Source: Oikopleura dioica
Taxonomy: Eukaryota; Animalia; Chordata
Assembly (NCBI GenBank): GCA_907165135.1
Contig: OU015568.1
Location: forward strand, 496,001-560,000
DNA: 64,000 nucleotides
Reading direction: 5' to 3'
Shown here piece after piece: positions 1-12,999 of this stretch. The notes under the pieces were generated by a model, which was not told the DNA's origin, did not search any database, and worked only from the letters and a program-made list of their open reading frames with translations. Position 1 is the stretch's first letter. Every line of letters begins with the position of its first letter. A program made the translations under genes and the position numbers.

Positions 1-2710
1 CTAAATTAGCGAGCTCGGAGCTTAAAAGACCAACAATGCCAAATGCTACCTGCTTAGTGATATAGATTTGCATCGGCCAAAGAGAACACTGACTCGAATT
101 TGGAAATTTGAGGATATATTTAAAAATCGATCATTTTAAAAATTTCTACCTGCTAACATGAAGCTGCTTAACAGAACGAGACGCCAATTGTTGTCAAAAA
201 AGTTGTCGCGCCTAAAAGCACTTATTTTCAAAAGCAAAATAAGCCTTATGGTTTTTCAAATCAGGTTTTTAAGCGCCATTTTTAAGCTGCATTTGCAGAA
301 CGCCGTTCCCCTGCAGAACGTGGCCGCCCTACACCCCTGGGTGGTCGACTCACCTTCCATCCCTCATCAGTTTATAATTGCTTCATTATATTTTTAGTAA
401 ATGTCGTGATCATTCTCATTACGCCTCTATTTTTGTTGGAGCTGGTTCACCGTCGTCAACTCAAATTTCAGCCAATTTCACCCCCTCTCATTTTGCTGCT
501 ATTTCTGTTACCGACCATAATACTGCCTGGAATTAATAAACAATCGAAACCAATTATTTGACCGCGCTGCGTATGTAAGGGCGATTTCAAATTTTGTTGA
601 CGGGCATTAATATTTTTTCGTTTTTTGCCGATATGAAAGAGCACAAAAAATGAGGCAGACTAGTGTATAAATTATCATCGTGGCTTTGTAATTACCTTAA
701 TATCTTTAGGAGAAAGTCCAAAAATATTAAAACTTATCGAGTCGCGCTCTTATCGAGCTCTTATCGAGCTCATTCAATTTTCAGTTATAATAGAGCATGA
801 TTTTACCGTTTCCCTGGCGTTTGCTTTAGCTACCAAAATTTGCTTTGTTAGAATCACTGATATAAGAAATATTTGATCTTTATATTATATAAATTATATG
901 ATTTATGGCTAACTTTATAATAATACCAATTCGAATGAATGACTTAATTTTTTATTACCAACCATAGTTGTAGAAAGAACATTTATATTGAGCTTGGATT
1001 GAAAACAAGTTATGGTTTTTCAAAAATCATATCAAGAAAGTTTTCCTAGTAAAAATAAAAATAAGGCTACTTCCGCATTTCCCAAAATCCTGGATTCTAA
1101 ATCCTGGATTTCTTAAAATCCTGAATTTGAAATGCTTGAATCTGAAATTTCGTCATAAATACTTGGCTGCAGGTTGATATTGTTATAATTGTCGATATGA
1201 GATTTGTTAATCTGATTCTTTTTTTTTCAAATGGTTTATCTTGGATTTGAAATTTTTGTTTTTAATGCTTTATTGCTGCTCTGTCTTGCCTTGATTTTAA
1301 ATTAGCCTTTCTCATAATTGATTTTCTCTCTATATGATTAATTGGTTTTGGTGCTTCTCGGTGCTTCACTTTATGTAGATATTAAGGCTTGCATCGCGAT
1401 AATAATGTGTATATTAACTGGAATTCGAGTTTTATCTTGTTCCATTCAAATATGTTGCATGGTGCATATATTATTTATTTCTAAATAGAACAAATGAATC
1501 ATTCTCTGATTTTCTTACGGTTTAGTATTCATCATCCTTTTATCGTTGCACATAATAATTTTTTTTTAATTTTATCTGATAAGTTATTATCGATGAATTC
1601 TTTATAATTGTGCCGGTCCTTATTCTCTTCAAAAATGTTGGCGCTCAATTGTCGGTTATATCCTCTCTTCGATCTTCTTGGGGTCTGTGGGTTGGGTATT
1701 TATTTAAAATTTTTTTCTTGTAGTATTCTTTCTCATTATATTGATTATATGCGTTTTCCAGTTCTACTTTTGGCATATTTTGTTTCTAGTTGATTATTAG
1801 GTACCCTTGTCGAATGGTACTCATTTTCGTAGCTTACTTGACTCATTCTTCCAAATGACTGAATTGTATTTTTTGAAAACCTAAAACATCGTCCTTCTTA
1901 CCATTCGTACTGGGTCCGTGATACTTCTAGTCACTCTTGGGATCTCTTCAGTGACAATCAGTGGTGCCGGATAATGCTGCGGTAATGGGCTCATTGGCGT
2001 TATTGGCACAATGATCGGTGGGTTTCGGTCTTCCTAAAAAAAAATATTGATTCTCCTCCTTTTTTTTTACCTTTTTTTCTTCTCGGAGTTCTTTGACTTT
2101 GTTTCTGAACTCTTTCCTTTTTCGCCCAAAACGGCATGTGCATATCGTTGCTTAACGGACTCTGAGTAAGATATCTTGATTTGTCTTCATTAGTTGATTT
2201 GTTTTTTTGCATTTTTTACGAGGTGGTGTTTCGATTGTTTTTCATATCTTATTCGTCTTACCTGTTAGGACTACTCCAAGAAGGAACGCCCCTGCCACGA
2301 TTAAAGCGAAGTAACCTGGAGTGCTTACGATGTTGCTCACTTAATTTGTTTTTTTTTTCTAACATGTCAATCTTACATGTGTTGTCATGCAATGAGCTAA
2401 GGCTGAAAGCATCGTTATTGCAGTGAATGGTGATTGCTTTTTCCAATTCGCTCTTTCCGTTGAAGTTGCTCATCTCAGTGGCCGTGGCTAAGTTTTCATT
2501 ATCATTTTGTTTTTTTTTCTGACCACATGGATTTTAAATTATTAGTGGTTTAATTAAAGTCTGTTTCTTGCCTATTATTTTCTTCCAAAACAATATTCTC
2601 TTTCGTTGTATTCAATACGGAGATTTTTAAAACTCGGATTCGGGATATCTTGTTTCAACTCCGGAAAGTCTAGAAACAGTGTCGTTCGTATTTCTCCTCG
2701 AGCGTCCTGA

Positions 2711-2732
2711 TGACGTCATTAGGAGCGGAAAT
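2711..2732. promoter_or_regulatory. CRE palindrome (TGACGTCA) plus GCGGAAAT motif in a probable divergent promoter
   Basis: TGACGTCA at 2711-2718 between a minus-strand ORF starting about 2473 and the chromodomain ATG at 2957. Confidence 0.3.
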
Positions 2733-2956
2733 GTGTTTTTTTTTTGTTTGCGTCAAAGTTTTTGCTGTGGCGAAAAACATGTTATTTTTTTATCTTGTAA
2801 AATTTTTTGCTTTGAACTTGAATTGTTTTTCGCCGTGGTTTTTTTAAGTTGATTGTCCCTCTGCCTTCGTGTTTTTTCCTGATAGTTGGCGATATATCAT
2901 TAGCTGTGATACTTAGTTTCCTTCACAATTGCTCACAAAGTTCATTTTTCAGCGCT

Positions 2957-3667
2957 ATGTCGCAGAGTAAAATAACTCCCTCTTCCCAAGAAATTCCCCC
3001 TGATGTTTCTTCTCAAGTTGCTGATGGAGGTGAGGTTATTGCTGACGCAAGAACTTTCAGGAGTATGAATATCAATCGTACTAACGAATATACTCATGGA
3101 TTGGGCGGCCGCTTCAAGGATCGTCGAATAATTGACGGAGTTCTTCATTACAAAGTAATCTCCTTCCTACTTCTTTCTTTTAATTTGTATCTTAGTTCAG
3201 CGTTAATAATGGCCCGGAATTATTCTATCCGCTCTATGCTTTTACTGATGAGGAGATTTTCGAAGCTCGAAAGTACGATGCGTCTTTTCGGAAACCTCGT
3301 TCTCTTTTACCTGGGACTCTTCATCTTGACAAGAAGGAACCCAAAGTATGTTTTCTCGCTCTTTAGTTAAATAATTTGTAGTTTTCCGAGCATTCGCAGT
3401 GGCTTGTTTCAAAGATTATTGGACATAAAACCGAAAACGGCGTTCGTAAATACAAGGTTGGTTATTTTGCGTATCTACAATATCGCCACCATAATTTTAC
3501 TCGTCTGCAATCAATTTCGTTATAGTTTTTCTGTCTTAATAATTCTTTTATAGGTTCATTGGGAAGGATTTGATGAATCTGAATCTACATGGGAGCCTGA
3601 AGAATCTCTCACTCAGTTTGGCTCCGTTGTTTTGACACCGCTTCAAGAATATCTCTCGCGTCTTTGA
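2957..3667 (+). CDS. Chromodomain protein (4 exons; possible degenerate N-terminal second chromodomain)
   Basis: Spliced GT-AG exons give QWLVSKIIGHKTENGVRKYK|VHWEGFDESESTWEPEESL, a canonical chromodomain with W/W/F cage residues. Upstream FKDRRIIDGVLHYK is chromo-like. Confidence 0.85.
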
Positions 3668-3811
3668 TAAAAGACCAATTAATAATTGTCAATTTTTTTT
3701 TTCTATTAACACGGTTACGATTATTATCTGTCCTATTGTTTCTTGCGAATATTTAAAGTTTGTCGATGTTCTTGGATTCCCTGATTATGCTTACTCCTGC
3801 TCTCTTTTTTC

Positions 3812-4896
3812 TTATTCCTGCTTTGGTCTTTTTGAAAATAAATTTCCACTCTTGCATATTGGTTCTATTTCTTTATTTGTTTCAGTTGATCGAAATTTGG
3901 CATTCTCTCTTCTTTCTCTCCGTCTGAATTTATAAGGTTTTTTGGGCTCTCTTGTTGTCTTACTTTTACTCTTGCGTCTCCGTTTTGATATCCATCTCGG
4001 CGTTCGATTCTTCGTTCTGCATTTCTTCTGATTCCTGTCTTTCATACTTCATGCTTGCGTTGACTCGCCCCTATTAATTCACATATTGCTTATTCTGTGT
4101 CTCTACTCACCTCAATCTTTTTTCTTTCTTCTTTCAGCTTCATGATTGCTTCCTTTTCAGCCTGGAAGAGCTCCTGTTGCAATTCTATGATTTCCTTTTC
4201 CATCCGTAGGTTTTCCAGTCTTTTTCTTCGAAGCCAAGCTCTAAATTTATTTTGTTAATTTTGTAAGGGGTCTTGTTTGTCCCAATTCATAAATTATCCT
4301 TACTCTAATTTACGTTCTTCCCGTTTATCGCGTTCATCCTGTTCTCTCTCGTGCTCTTCCAACAGCTCCTCGTATGGCTTTCTTTTCCGGATTCTTTATA
4401 ATCAGATGTTCACTACTTCATCATTCTATCTGTAATCCATTAGGGACTTATGAAGCTCGTAAAAGATATAATGCACGCGGAGCGTGCTATTGTACTAGTT
4501 TCTCTAATTTTGGTTTGTGATTTTTGTCAGAACCCTCCTGTTTCGGTTATTGTTTCCGCGTTTTTCCTGGCGGTTCGTCATTTTCGGCGCCCATACGTTG
4601 TTTCTCTTCTTTATCGTTCCTTCCTTCTGCATACCTGTGATTTTGGTTGGTTTTTTTTTTGCCAAAAATTTACCTTTTTTCTCTTTCTGTCGTTCCTCCA
4701 TTCTACTTTGAACGAATCTCAACTGATTTGCTGGCAGCAGTGCTTCTCGGCCTTTTTTTTTCGCGCCGACTTCTCGAAAGACTTGAGATGATTCAATAAT
4801 CAACTTAGTTTGGCTTGAATTTCTGATATGATTGCAAGTTTTTTCGGTGATCGATTTCGCTGTGCTTGCTAATTTCGCTCGCCTTTTCGACCTCAA
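3812..4896 (-). CDS. Hypothetical Lys/Arg/Glu-rich protein(s)
   Basis: Low-complexity basic ORFs 3812-4045 and 4504-4896 with short intron-like interruptions; no family recognised. Confidence 0.3.
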
Positions 4897-6267
4897 CTAT
4901 TTTGTGGCGTGGCCTGGTCGTATCCGAATGATTATATTCCCGGATCAGTTTTAAACTGATTTACCGGTGTGTAAAGGTACTGTATTTTCGCGGTGCTGTT
5001 ATGCATTTGACCTCTATTGCCCGTTTTGGATATTTTTTGTCAGTAGGCGGCCATTTCTTGATAACTTTTTTATTAAGATTAATTACATCGGTCTTCGCCG
5101 CTTCATTATGTCATTGCTGAGTTTTGCCCTTTCTATTAACCGTTCAATCGCTTGCATCATACTTCTGCCCCTGTGTTGTTTATGCGCTGCTATTTTTATC
5201 TTGATGATTTAACAAAGTATTTAGCGGGCCTGGAAACCATCAAAAACTTCTTGTCAAGTTTTAAAGAGCTTGTCGAGAGGAGTCGGATAATATAAAACTC
5301 CTGATAGTTCCAATATTTTCTGTCAATAAACTGATAAGAAGTTCTCTTATCAAATTTATATACCAGCGCCGTTTTTTGTTCAAGAATAGCTGTCGTCATT
5401 ATGTCCCTGGAAATTGAAGTTCCATGTCCGTTCTATGGCGGAGGTGTGCATTCGCCCCTCGGAGATTTGGCTGCCGCAATTTTCGGGCAAATTTGAAACC
5501 TCCATATCAAATGCTTATTCTCACAACTTATTTGCACTTGCTTTATTTTTGTAACACCTGCTCTTGTAGTTTCATTGGTATCATTTTTATCCATATGTGT
5601 ATTTCACTGGATACTGTTCTTTGTCAATGAGTTCGTCGGTTTATTTTAATCCGTTTTCGCAGGCTCATATTTATTACTAGTTTTTCTTTTTCATCTCTGC
5701 GGCCACTCGATTGTCTGCTTTTTGTTTGGAGAGCACTAGTCTTGCATGTGCAGCAATGATCGTCTCTGCTGTTCCTTGTCTACTCTCGACTTGGTGTTCG
5801 ATGTAATTACTGTAATAATTCGATGTTATCGCAATTTATACCTTCATACCATCTCTCATCTTCGGGTACATTCATCAATTCATTCGCCAGCTTTCCTCCT
5901 TTGGCTTCGAAATCTTCGTAACTGCTCTTGCATTCGTTCAGCAATTCCCCTATTTTTTTTTTTATTAACGTTTGGCTTTCCTTTTACCTAGTTCTTCTAT
6001 GATCTCGGTATACTTTGCAATCTGGCCAAAATCCTTAAGAGTTTTTCGTAGATCTTGAAGGAGTCTGATTGCGTCCTTGGAATTTATTTTAGTCCTTGTT
6101 TTTATTTCGTCATTACCTTTACGTTGTCATAGTAATGCATAAGCATTACGATGATGTCGTCTCCTGTGAACCTACGGACCACATCGCGGGCGAGCATCAG
6201 TGGGTAGAACATTCTTAATAATTTTATTTCATTACTGTATAGCTTTTAATTATGGCCCAGTATTCTC

Positions 6268-7010
6268 TTAGAAAAGTCTCTGTCGGCATTCTGTTTGCGG
6301 CGATGCATATTTTGTGATTACTTTCGCTTTTATATTTATATCACCGTTCCTGGACATGGGTTTCGGCGGTTGCTCTGCTCCACCCATCTTGTCAAACATT
6401 CTTTGTGGAAGAGATGATGGCAGTTTTTCCCTCTCGCCATTATCTCAGTGAAGTTCTGTAAGCAGATTGAACATTCCTTCTCGAGCTCTTCTTGTGTTTC
6501 AATAAACACGTCGACTAATCGGCCTTCCTGTGTATGTCGCCTAGTGCCATGAACAGCACGTAGCCTTTGCTCGTTGTACAGCGCTCTCCATGTTTCTTGA
6601 TTGTTCATTAACGGTTTTCTTTCTAGTTTTTCCGGTTTGAACAATTCCTATGTGGCGGTGGTAAAAATTGATGATCTCTCGGCTATAAGTCGATGAATAT
6701 AATCCTTAGTACTTATCTTTTCTCTTATATCCCTAAATGTATTCCTCCATGCGTGGATCATTTGGGTCCATAGTATCATCTCTTCGTAGAAACTCATCGA
6801 GAGTCACTTGATTCATTTGGGCATCGTGCATCAATTGATCTTTGATTTACGCTATTAATCTTCGTTAGTTTTTAGTCTACCTTGGCCCCGATCTTGTTGA
6901 GCATTGCTGTTCCTCCCTCGAGTATCATGTCCGATTCTTCCATATTCCTTTTTTTTTTAATTAATTTTTTTCCTAGGTTATTTTGTACCTGTTCATTATT
7001 TCTCTCCATT
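6268..7010 (-). CDS. RING-H2 E3 ligase with a candidate PIP box (5' end approximate)
   Basis: CSICLQNF...CHHLFHKECLTRW...CP, completed to CPECRQRLF* by a GA-AG intron at 6291-6349. An upstream exon carries QVTLDEFL (6787-6810). Confidence 0.8.
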
Positions 7011-7136
7011 CTGCAATGTTTTTTGTGTTAATCATTACCCAGGAAGAAAATGATAAATGAGCTCACGCTTAAATTACCTATTAAAATATCTCACGTTTTC
7101 AATTCGAGAAAACTCGAGCGTTCTATACAATGAAGG

Positions 7137-7478
7137 CAGGGTTGAACGTTGGGACTGGTCCACTCGGGCAAACCGGGCAAAAAATCGGGCGGGCGGGCAA
7201 ATCGGGCGGTGTAGGGCTCGATTTTTTGAGGTAAAAATCGGGCTAAGTCGGGCAATCGGGCAAAATCGGGGCCCGGGAAAATAGTCGGCGCCCGGAAGAA
7301 AAAATGGCATCTTATGGGACATAAATACTGAAATTTTCTTTAAGAACGACCGGTTTCGGTTCTCCATGAGTGCCCTTTTTCCTCGGGATACAAAATTGTC
7401 CTTCTTCTTCAATAAATTTTAATCGGGCGGGCAATCGGGCGGCCATATTCTAATTTTTTGCCCCAACGTTCCACCCTG
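7137..7478. mobile_element. 342-bp MITE with CAGGG termini and 7-bp TSD
   Basis: TIR CAGGGTTGAACGTTGGG / CCCAACGTTCCACCCTG. TSD ATGAAGG at 7130-7136 and 7479-7485. Internal (A)ATCGGGC repeats. Confidence 0.85.
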
Positions 7479-7501
7479 ATGAAGGTTTGCCTGAGCACAA
7501 A

Positions 7502-9514
7502 TTATCGGATTCGGTGTCTTAGCATCAAAATGTGTTTTGTTTCGCGAGTGAAATATAGTGGGAGGTTTTGATTTAGTGTCATTGCTTTTTTTCTTGTTTC
7601 CCCCAAAATCTACTCATGTTAAAATATTCGTTGGGGCTCTTGATTTCAACCGTCTTTTTGTCCATTTGATCACTCTGGTGTGTTCTTTGGAAAAATTCGC
7701 TACAGGCTTTTTGTGGTCGACCTTTCTTCGCATGTGTCATTATGTCTTCTATGTCTTTTCTTTGATTTTACGTGCCTTCTCTGTTTGGGTACTTTTGAAA
7801 ATCCCTTCCTTCAGATATTCCCCAACTTTCCAGTTTGGTTTTGAGATCTTCGTTGTTTGTAAATGGGCACAAATGATATTCTTCCTTCGATTTTGCAATC
7901 TTCGTTTTCGTTTCGCATGTGTAGGATACTAAACTCATTACTTTTTGTTGTAATTTGCTTCATAATTACTTATTGGGCTCTTTTTCCCCACTTGTCCATA
8001 TGCATATTTAACGTGATACTCGTGTTCCGCTGCTGGATTTTGGTAGTTATGCATTTTTGTTGTTGTTAGCTTCAGGGCATCCTCCATTGTCATTCCTGCA
8101 TTTCGTAGGAATGACCATAAATGCAGCCGTCCCTAATAACCTTTCTTATCGTTTTTCAACTCATTGTTTCCCAGTCAGCTACTTTTTTTTTTATATATTA
8201 GTACAGTACCATGTATTTTAATTTTCCATCCTTATCTAGTCCGTTGAACAAATTTCTTAAACAAGGTGGCATTGATGTTCTCTTCATGAATTCCAAATTG
8301 TCGTATGTGAGACCGTTCGTTTTTGCTTGAATTTCTTCCGGCTTTACATCTTCCATTATCGCTTTCAGGATAGGCACTTAATTATCGCGTTTGTGCTGTA
8401 TCTAATTACTTCGATAGTCACTAGCAAGAATTTCGGATTCTGTTTTGTGCGTCATATCGCTAAATTTGTTTTACCTAGTCTTTCTGTTTCATTGTACATC
8501 ATTGCGTCGTGCTTAACTGCGAATCCGTCTAACCAGCGATGGTTTTCTTTGTTCATAATACTTTTAACGTATTCTATCAACTCTTGTTCGGCAATATAGG
8601 CTTAAAAATTTATTACTTATACGTTCTGATGTTTACCTTTGCCTTGATGTAGAAAACAATCCCTCTGCGAGACAACAGTCTCTACTTCTGTCCACGGAAT
8701 GCGATACCATGTTTTAACGGTCACTGTTCTCATATTGGCACATTCTTTCAGTTTCTTGGCGAGGTCCGTTGTCAATTCCTCAGCCTTTACCTCGTCGATT
8801 CCTTTCGTTGCGTTCTTAATGAAATTCAATGATGGTTTTTTTTTGTAAATTACCTGCAGGAATTTTTTTTTTGCTTTTTCGCTCAGCAACGAATATCTAT
8901 ACTCGAACAATCTGAGCTCATTTTCTATAAACCAAGCCCGACGCACTGGATCTCGACACACTGCTATCTTTAAGGTCCAATGCGATACGTTATCATTGTT
9001 CCTTTCGTCTAGTGTGGGGATCAATCGCTCCAGTCCGATATATTTCACAAGTTTGTCGCGTAAAAATGATTCTTCTAACATCAGGGGTCGGTATCTGCGC
9101 AAGAAAGTCTCATTTTCGAGATTTCATCTTCGAGCTGGCTTTCCCCGCGCATCAATGCTTCCCTCAGCTTTGGTCATTTCTGGTTCGGCCCTTATCCGCC
9201 AACTCAGTTCTGTAGTCGCCGACCCCAGCCTAATAGCCGTTTTCTTATACTGGTCACAGTCTTTTGTTTGTGTCTATCTTTTCTATTCTCAATACTTGAG
9301 TGGGCATACTCATTATACCTTCGATGATACAAAGAGCCAAGTATCTTGCTCTTGTAATGGCTATTAATTTATCAAGATCGAAGTCAGTGTCCATTGGAAG
9401 TTTTGAATATATTCGGACTGGGAATCTTAACAATTCATCGTCGAGTATTTCCTCGTCCTTGCATTCGACTAGGCCAATTCCTCGATGTTCCCTTTTGTAT
9501 ATTTTCGGTGGCAT
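7502..9514 (-). CDS. PRIM2: DNA primase large subunit (p58/PriL), multi-exon (3' end approximate)
   Basis: DNVSHWTLKIAVC...AWFIENELRLFEYRY; SMPPCLRNL...LKYM|GRLHLWSFLRNAG; HEYHVKYAYG; SYTC...YHLCPF; QKACSEFF...SPNEYF. All four Fe-S Cys-equivalent motifs are present in order. Confidence 0.92.
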
Positions 9515-9740
9515 TCTAAATAATTTCGGTTAATTAGCTCCTTATCCATTTTTCTCTCTTTCTTGGTTATAAATCGAGCGGAGCGAGTCGGCGATTTTCT
9601 TCCTTTCAATGGATATGCAATTGTGTGAATGTTTTTGATTGCTGGTTGTCTCTACATTTGACATGCTTGTTTTTGGTTATTACTTATAGACTATAAGTTA
9701 TAGTTTCAATCTCAAATGCTTATCCCCGTCTTTAGCGATC

Positions 9741-10097
9741 CTAGATTCGACGTACACAGACCGGGCAGTAGTTACGTTCCATAAGCCATCGTTCTTTATT
9801 GGAAATCACAGTTTGCTTTTCTATATTTTATTGTTCATTTCCCGTTCCGATGCAGGCTCCATGATAGCGATGTTCACACATTTGTAATTGCACTCCGTCA
9901 GAATTAATTTCCTCTAGACAGATGGGGCAAAGGCTTCCTTGACTCTCTTGTTCAGTCCTTTCATATCTTTCCATTGTTCTCATTCTCTGTTCTACGCGAA
10001 CGTCAACCTGTATGCCGATGGTGTTCGTACTGTTGCCACTCTCGTTTTGTCTTTTATTGGCATTTTCTAGTGGTTGTCTATATTGATCAAAAAGCAA
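9741..10097 (-). CDS. RING-H2 E3 ligase (5' exons probably extend to about 10470)
   Basis: CPICLEE...CEHRYHGACI joined to ERWLMERNYCPVC by a GA-AG intron at 9794-9847. Confidence 0.85.
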
Positions 10098-10559
10098 TTA
10101 TTTTGTCGTGTAATAAGTCACAGCTATTTTTAATAAACCATTTTAGAACTGCCTTTCTGCTAATGATTGGCGTTGGACGAACTCTTCGTACATTTCCTCA
10201 TACACATTCATCCAATCTTCGTATTGGTCGGCCATGTTTCCATTTTGTGATCCTTTCCGTGATATATATCTATATTTATTTATATTATTTTATTTTTTTG
10301 CGTATTGGTATCACGGTCCTAACTCAGGCTCTTGAGCCCTGTTTTCCTCATTCATTGTTGGAGTTTGTCTTTCCTCTTCTTCGTTGTTTCCTTCGTTCTC
10401 CCTTTCATCGATTTCATTTTGACTCGCTGGAATGCTCCTATCCGTATCTCTCTCACTTGCATTCGACGACATTTCAATCTAAGAAATTGCCTTTTATTTT
10501 TGAACACTTGTGCTGTTATTTTATTTGCACATTTTCATTCGCCTTCTCCTTTTATTCAG

Positions 10560-11480
10560 AATTCATTCTTTTTATCGTTCTTCTCTCCGTTCTTTCGTTT
10601 CTCCTTCTATTTATTTTTTGATTCTGTCTATCTTTTTTCCTACCTCTTGTTCCTCCTTCTTATCAATTTTCCCCGCCATGAATGTTCCGTCCATCATCAA
10701 TACTTTCTGTTCACCTTCCAGCCCCGTTGTTATGAACGTTCCATCCATCAGCATATTTCCTTTCCTGATTTCTTCCCCTTCGTTGTCAGTCTTGTTCACA
10801 GCGGCGGTAAGATCGATGTTTCCCTTCGTCATTCAAAAATTATGGAATGATTTTTATCTACCTTCAATGTTCCTCCTAGGTGGAAGGTTCCATCCATCAT
10901 GAAGTTATCTGGTGTCTGTCTGAGCGTTGCTTCGCCGTTGGACAACGCCTGGAGGACTTTGAGGTCCGCGGTAGTCTTATCATTTTGTATTTTATTCATA
11001 GGTCTGCGTACCTCGATGGGGATGCTGCGATTTCCGGCTGTTGGAACGTTCTTTTTGTTCATGCTGTCAATAATCGTTTCTTATGTGTATTTTAAGTTAT
11101 TAAATATGTTGTGGGTTATTATTAATACCGGCGATGTGAACAGTGCAGAGGTGGGTTCCAAGTGGTTTTGTTCCTTCTTTATCATCGGAACTCTGCTGCA
11201 ACGCTTTCTCCTCCTTCAAGGTTTCGAACTTCTTTTGAAGCATGGTGACATCTCCTTCGCCTTGAGTTTTGACTACCATCTCCAAGGGTGCCTTTATTTT
11301 TTAATCATTTATTTTTTTTAGGTTTATACCTCCACTCTTATGGCTTTGTTGATGTCCGCTTCATTGCATTCCTTGAGGTCTCCTTTTTGCGTGAACATAG
11401 CATTGTATAATATTTGGGTCTATTTACCTGCGATGTGGATGGTGGCGAGGATGGAGCTGGGTGTCACCATTCCATTTTCT
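10560..11480 (-). CDS. Hypothetical protein with repeated MDGTF and T(I/V)HIA motifs
   Basis: Exons contain MMDGTF, LMDGTF, MMDGTF, LATIHIA and LCTVHIA, separated by short GT-AG introns. Confidence 0.5.
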
Positions 11481-11786
11481 CCGTCGACTATATTAATCTA
11501 TGTTTTCGTAATGTCGATTTACTTGTTACCTCGATTAGGGTGAGATGTTTTCGGAGCGTTGTTTTTGTCCTGTTTCCACATAACCGTCTTCTAAAACTGA
11601 ATAGTTGTTGACAGAAATCATGACCACTAATTTTCACAGGTGAGAATGAATATTAATTCTTTTATTCGATTATGCTTCGCGCTAACTCCAAAGCATCCTC
11701 AACTTTATCACGAACATATATTGTTTGTAATTCAAAGTCTCTTTTTTCCATTAGCATAATTATGTGTGTTATATTTATAGTTATTG

Positions 11787-12228
11787 CTAATGCTTCCTGA
11801 AGGTACTTATGATGGCTGCATATGGGCGTGCGTTTTCATTGACCATTTCAGTGAGATTTTCACTTAAAATTCCTTTTTTTTCTTTTTTTTTTCTTTTCCT
11901 ACCTGATACTTCCTTGGTTATTACTTGCAAGGTACTCATTGATTTGGGCACCATTCGTTTTGAATCTCCCCATAAAATTCTCGACCGTTGCGCGTCGCCC
12001 ACCTTAATTAATTCTGTTACCGTTTGATATTATTTCCTTACGCATAAATGCGGTTTCTGCGTCAATTCTGTATCTGTCGCCCTCTTCTACACACTCCTTC
12101 CTTGCGCGTACCAGAAAGATCGTCGCTTTGTCGATCATGTCGATTGCGGTCAAATATTTCAGCAGTATATCTTCTCCTCCTGTGGCGTGCCGAACTATTG
12201 TGCGTGCGCACATTAGTTCGAAATCCAT
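11787..12228 (-). CDS. Hypothetical protein
   Basis: ORFs 12004-12228 and 11787-12002 look like consecutive exons; no family recognised. Confidence 0.35.
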
Positions 12229-12642
12229 TCTAGAACTATTTTTATTAATTATTATTAATATTAATATTATTAATATTGTGTTTTTGTCGCAGAACTGTGG
12301 TGTTTGGAGTTGCTCTACCCCTAGACAGCGGGTTAAAGGTGCAGAACCGTCGCTTTAATTTGTTACTGTAGAAGAAAACAAAAGATGAATTGCTGGTCAT
12401 GGGTGCAGCAATTCAGCACTCGCTAAGGCTGCGGCAACTCCACACGCTACTGTAACTTCATGTTGATGGGTACGCCGGAATTTTAATCACAGGTCGAGTT
12501 AGGAACTATTGCGGTTAGCTGGAGTGTTTTTGACGTTTCATTTGCTTTCTCCTGGAAAGTTGTTTTAGTTAAAATGCACAAAAAAAAATGAAAAATAAGA
12601 GTGGGGGGGGGGAGGGTAATGGATGGATTTTTTATGGGAATA

Positions 12643-12999
12643 TTAGAAATCTGCCCGACACACGGCGCAGTTGTTGTTTTCTTTCAGCCACTGTCGAATA
12701 CAATTTCGATGGAAGATATGCGTGCAATTTGCCATTTGGCATCTCGTCGCGGTGAGCGATTCCAAGCAAATAGGACACAGTTCCTCGGTCGCCTCCTCAT
12801 CTGGTATGGCGATTAGTCGGTCGTTTATGTATTCTTCTCGCTGTATCTCGTCCCTATAAACGGTGGTCTTTTGTTTTATTATTAGCTTACAGGAAAATGT
12901 TTTCTGGGTCAACTTCGTCGGCGAAGTTGTAAACGGCATTCCACTGGTCCTCATTAATGAAGTAGTTGTTGATAAGATTAATTCTGAGTGAAGGGTCAA
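12643..12999 (-). CDS. RING-H2 E3 ligase, C-terminal part (5' exons probably to about 13420)
   Basis: CPICLESL...CTHIFHRNCIRQWLKENNNCAVCR, a complete C3H2C3 pattern. Confidence 0.9.
   Translation of the reverse strand: MTLHSELILSTTTSLMRTSGMPFTTSPTKLTQKTFSCKLIIKQKTTVYRDEIQREEYINDRLIAIPDEEATEELCPICLESLTATRCQMANCTHIFHRNCIRQWLKENNNCAVCRADF

Noticed and set aside
320-340. TIR pairing of GCCGCCCTACAC with GTGTAGGCGGC at about 38965 as ends of the giant element
   Set aside because: Only about 11 bp with an indel and no TSD; compatible with chance.
2258-2473. Fifth PCNA-like fragment (ITIHCNNDAFSLSSLHD)
   Set aside because: Resemblance limited to a few residues, with no collinear PCNA motifs downstream.
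9974-11321. Long plus-strand hydrophobic ORFs (9974-10621, 10332-10850, 10510-10902, 10899-11321)
   Set aside because: Shadow ORFs arising from T-rich skew opposite real minus-strand genes; F/L/S-rich with no motifs.
12290-12530. tRNA or other ncRNA in a GC-richer intergenic patch
   Set aside because: No cloverleaf, TTC loop or A/B boxes could be assembled.
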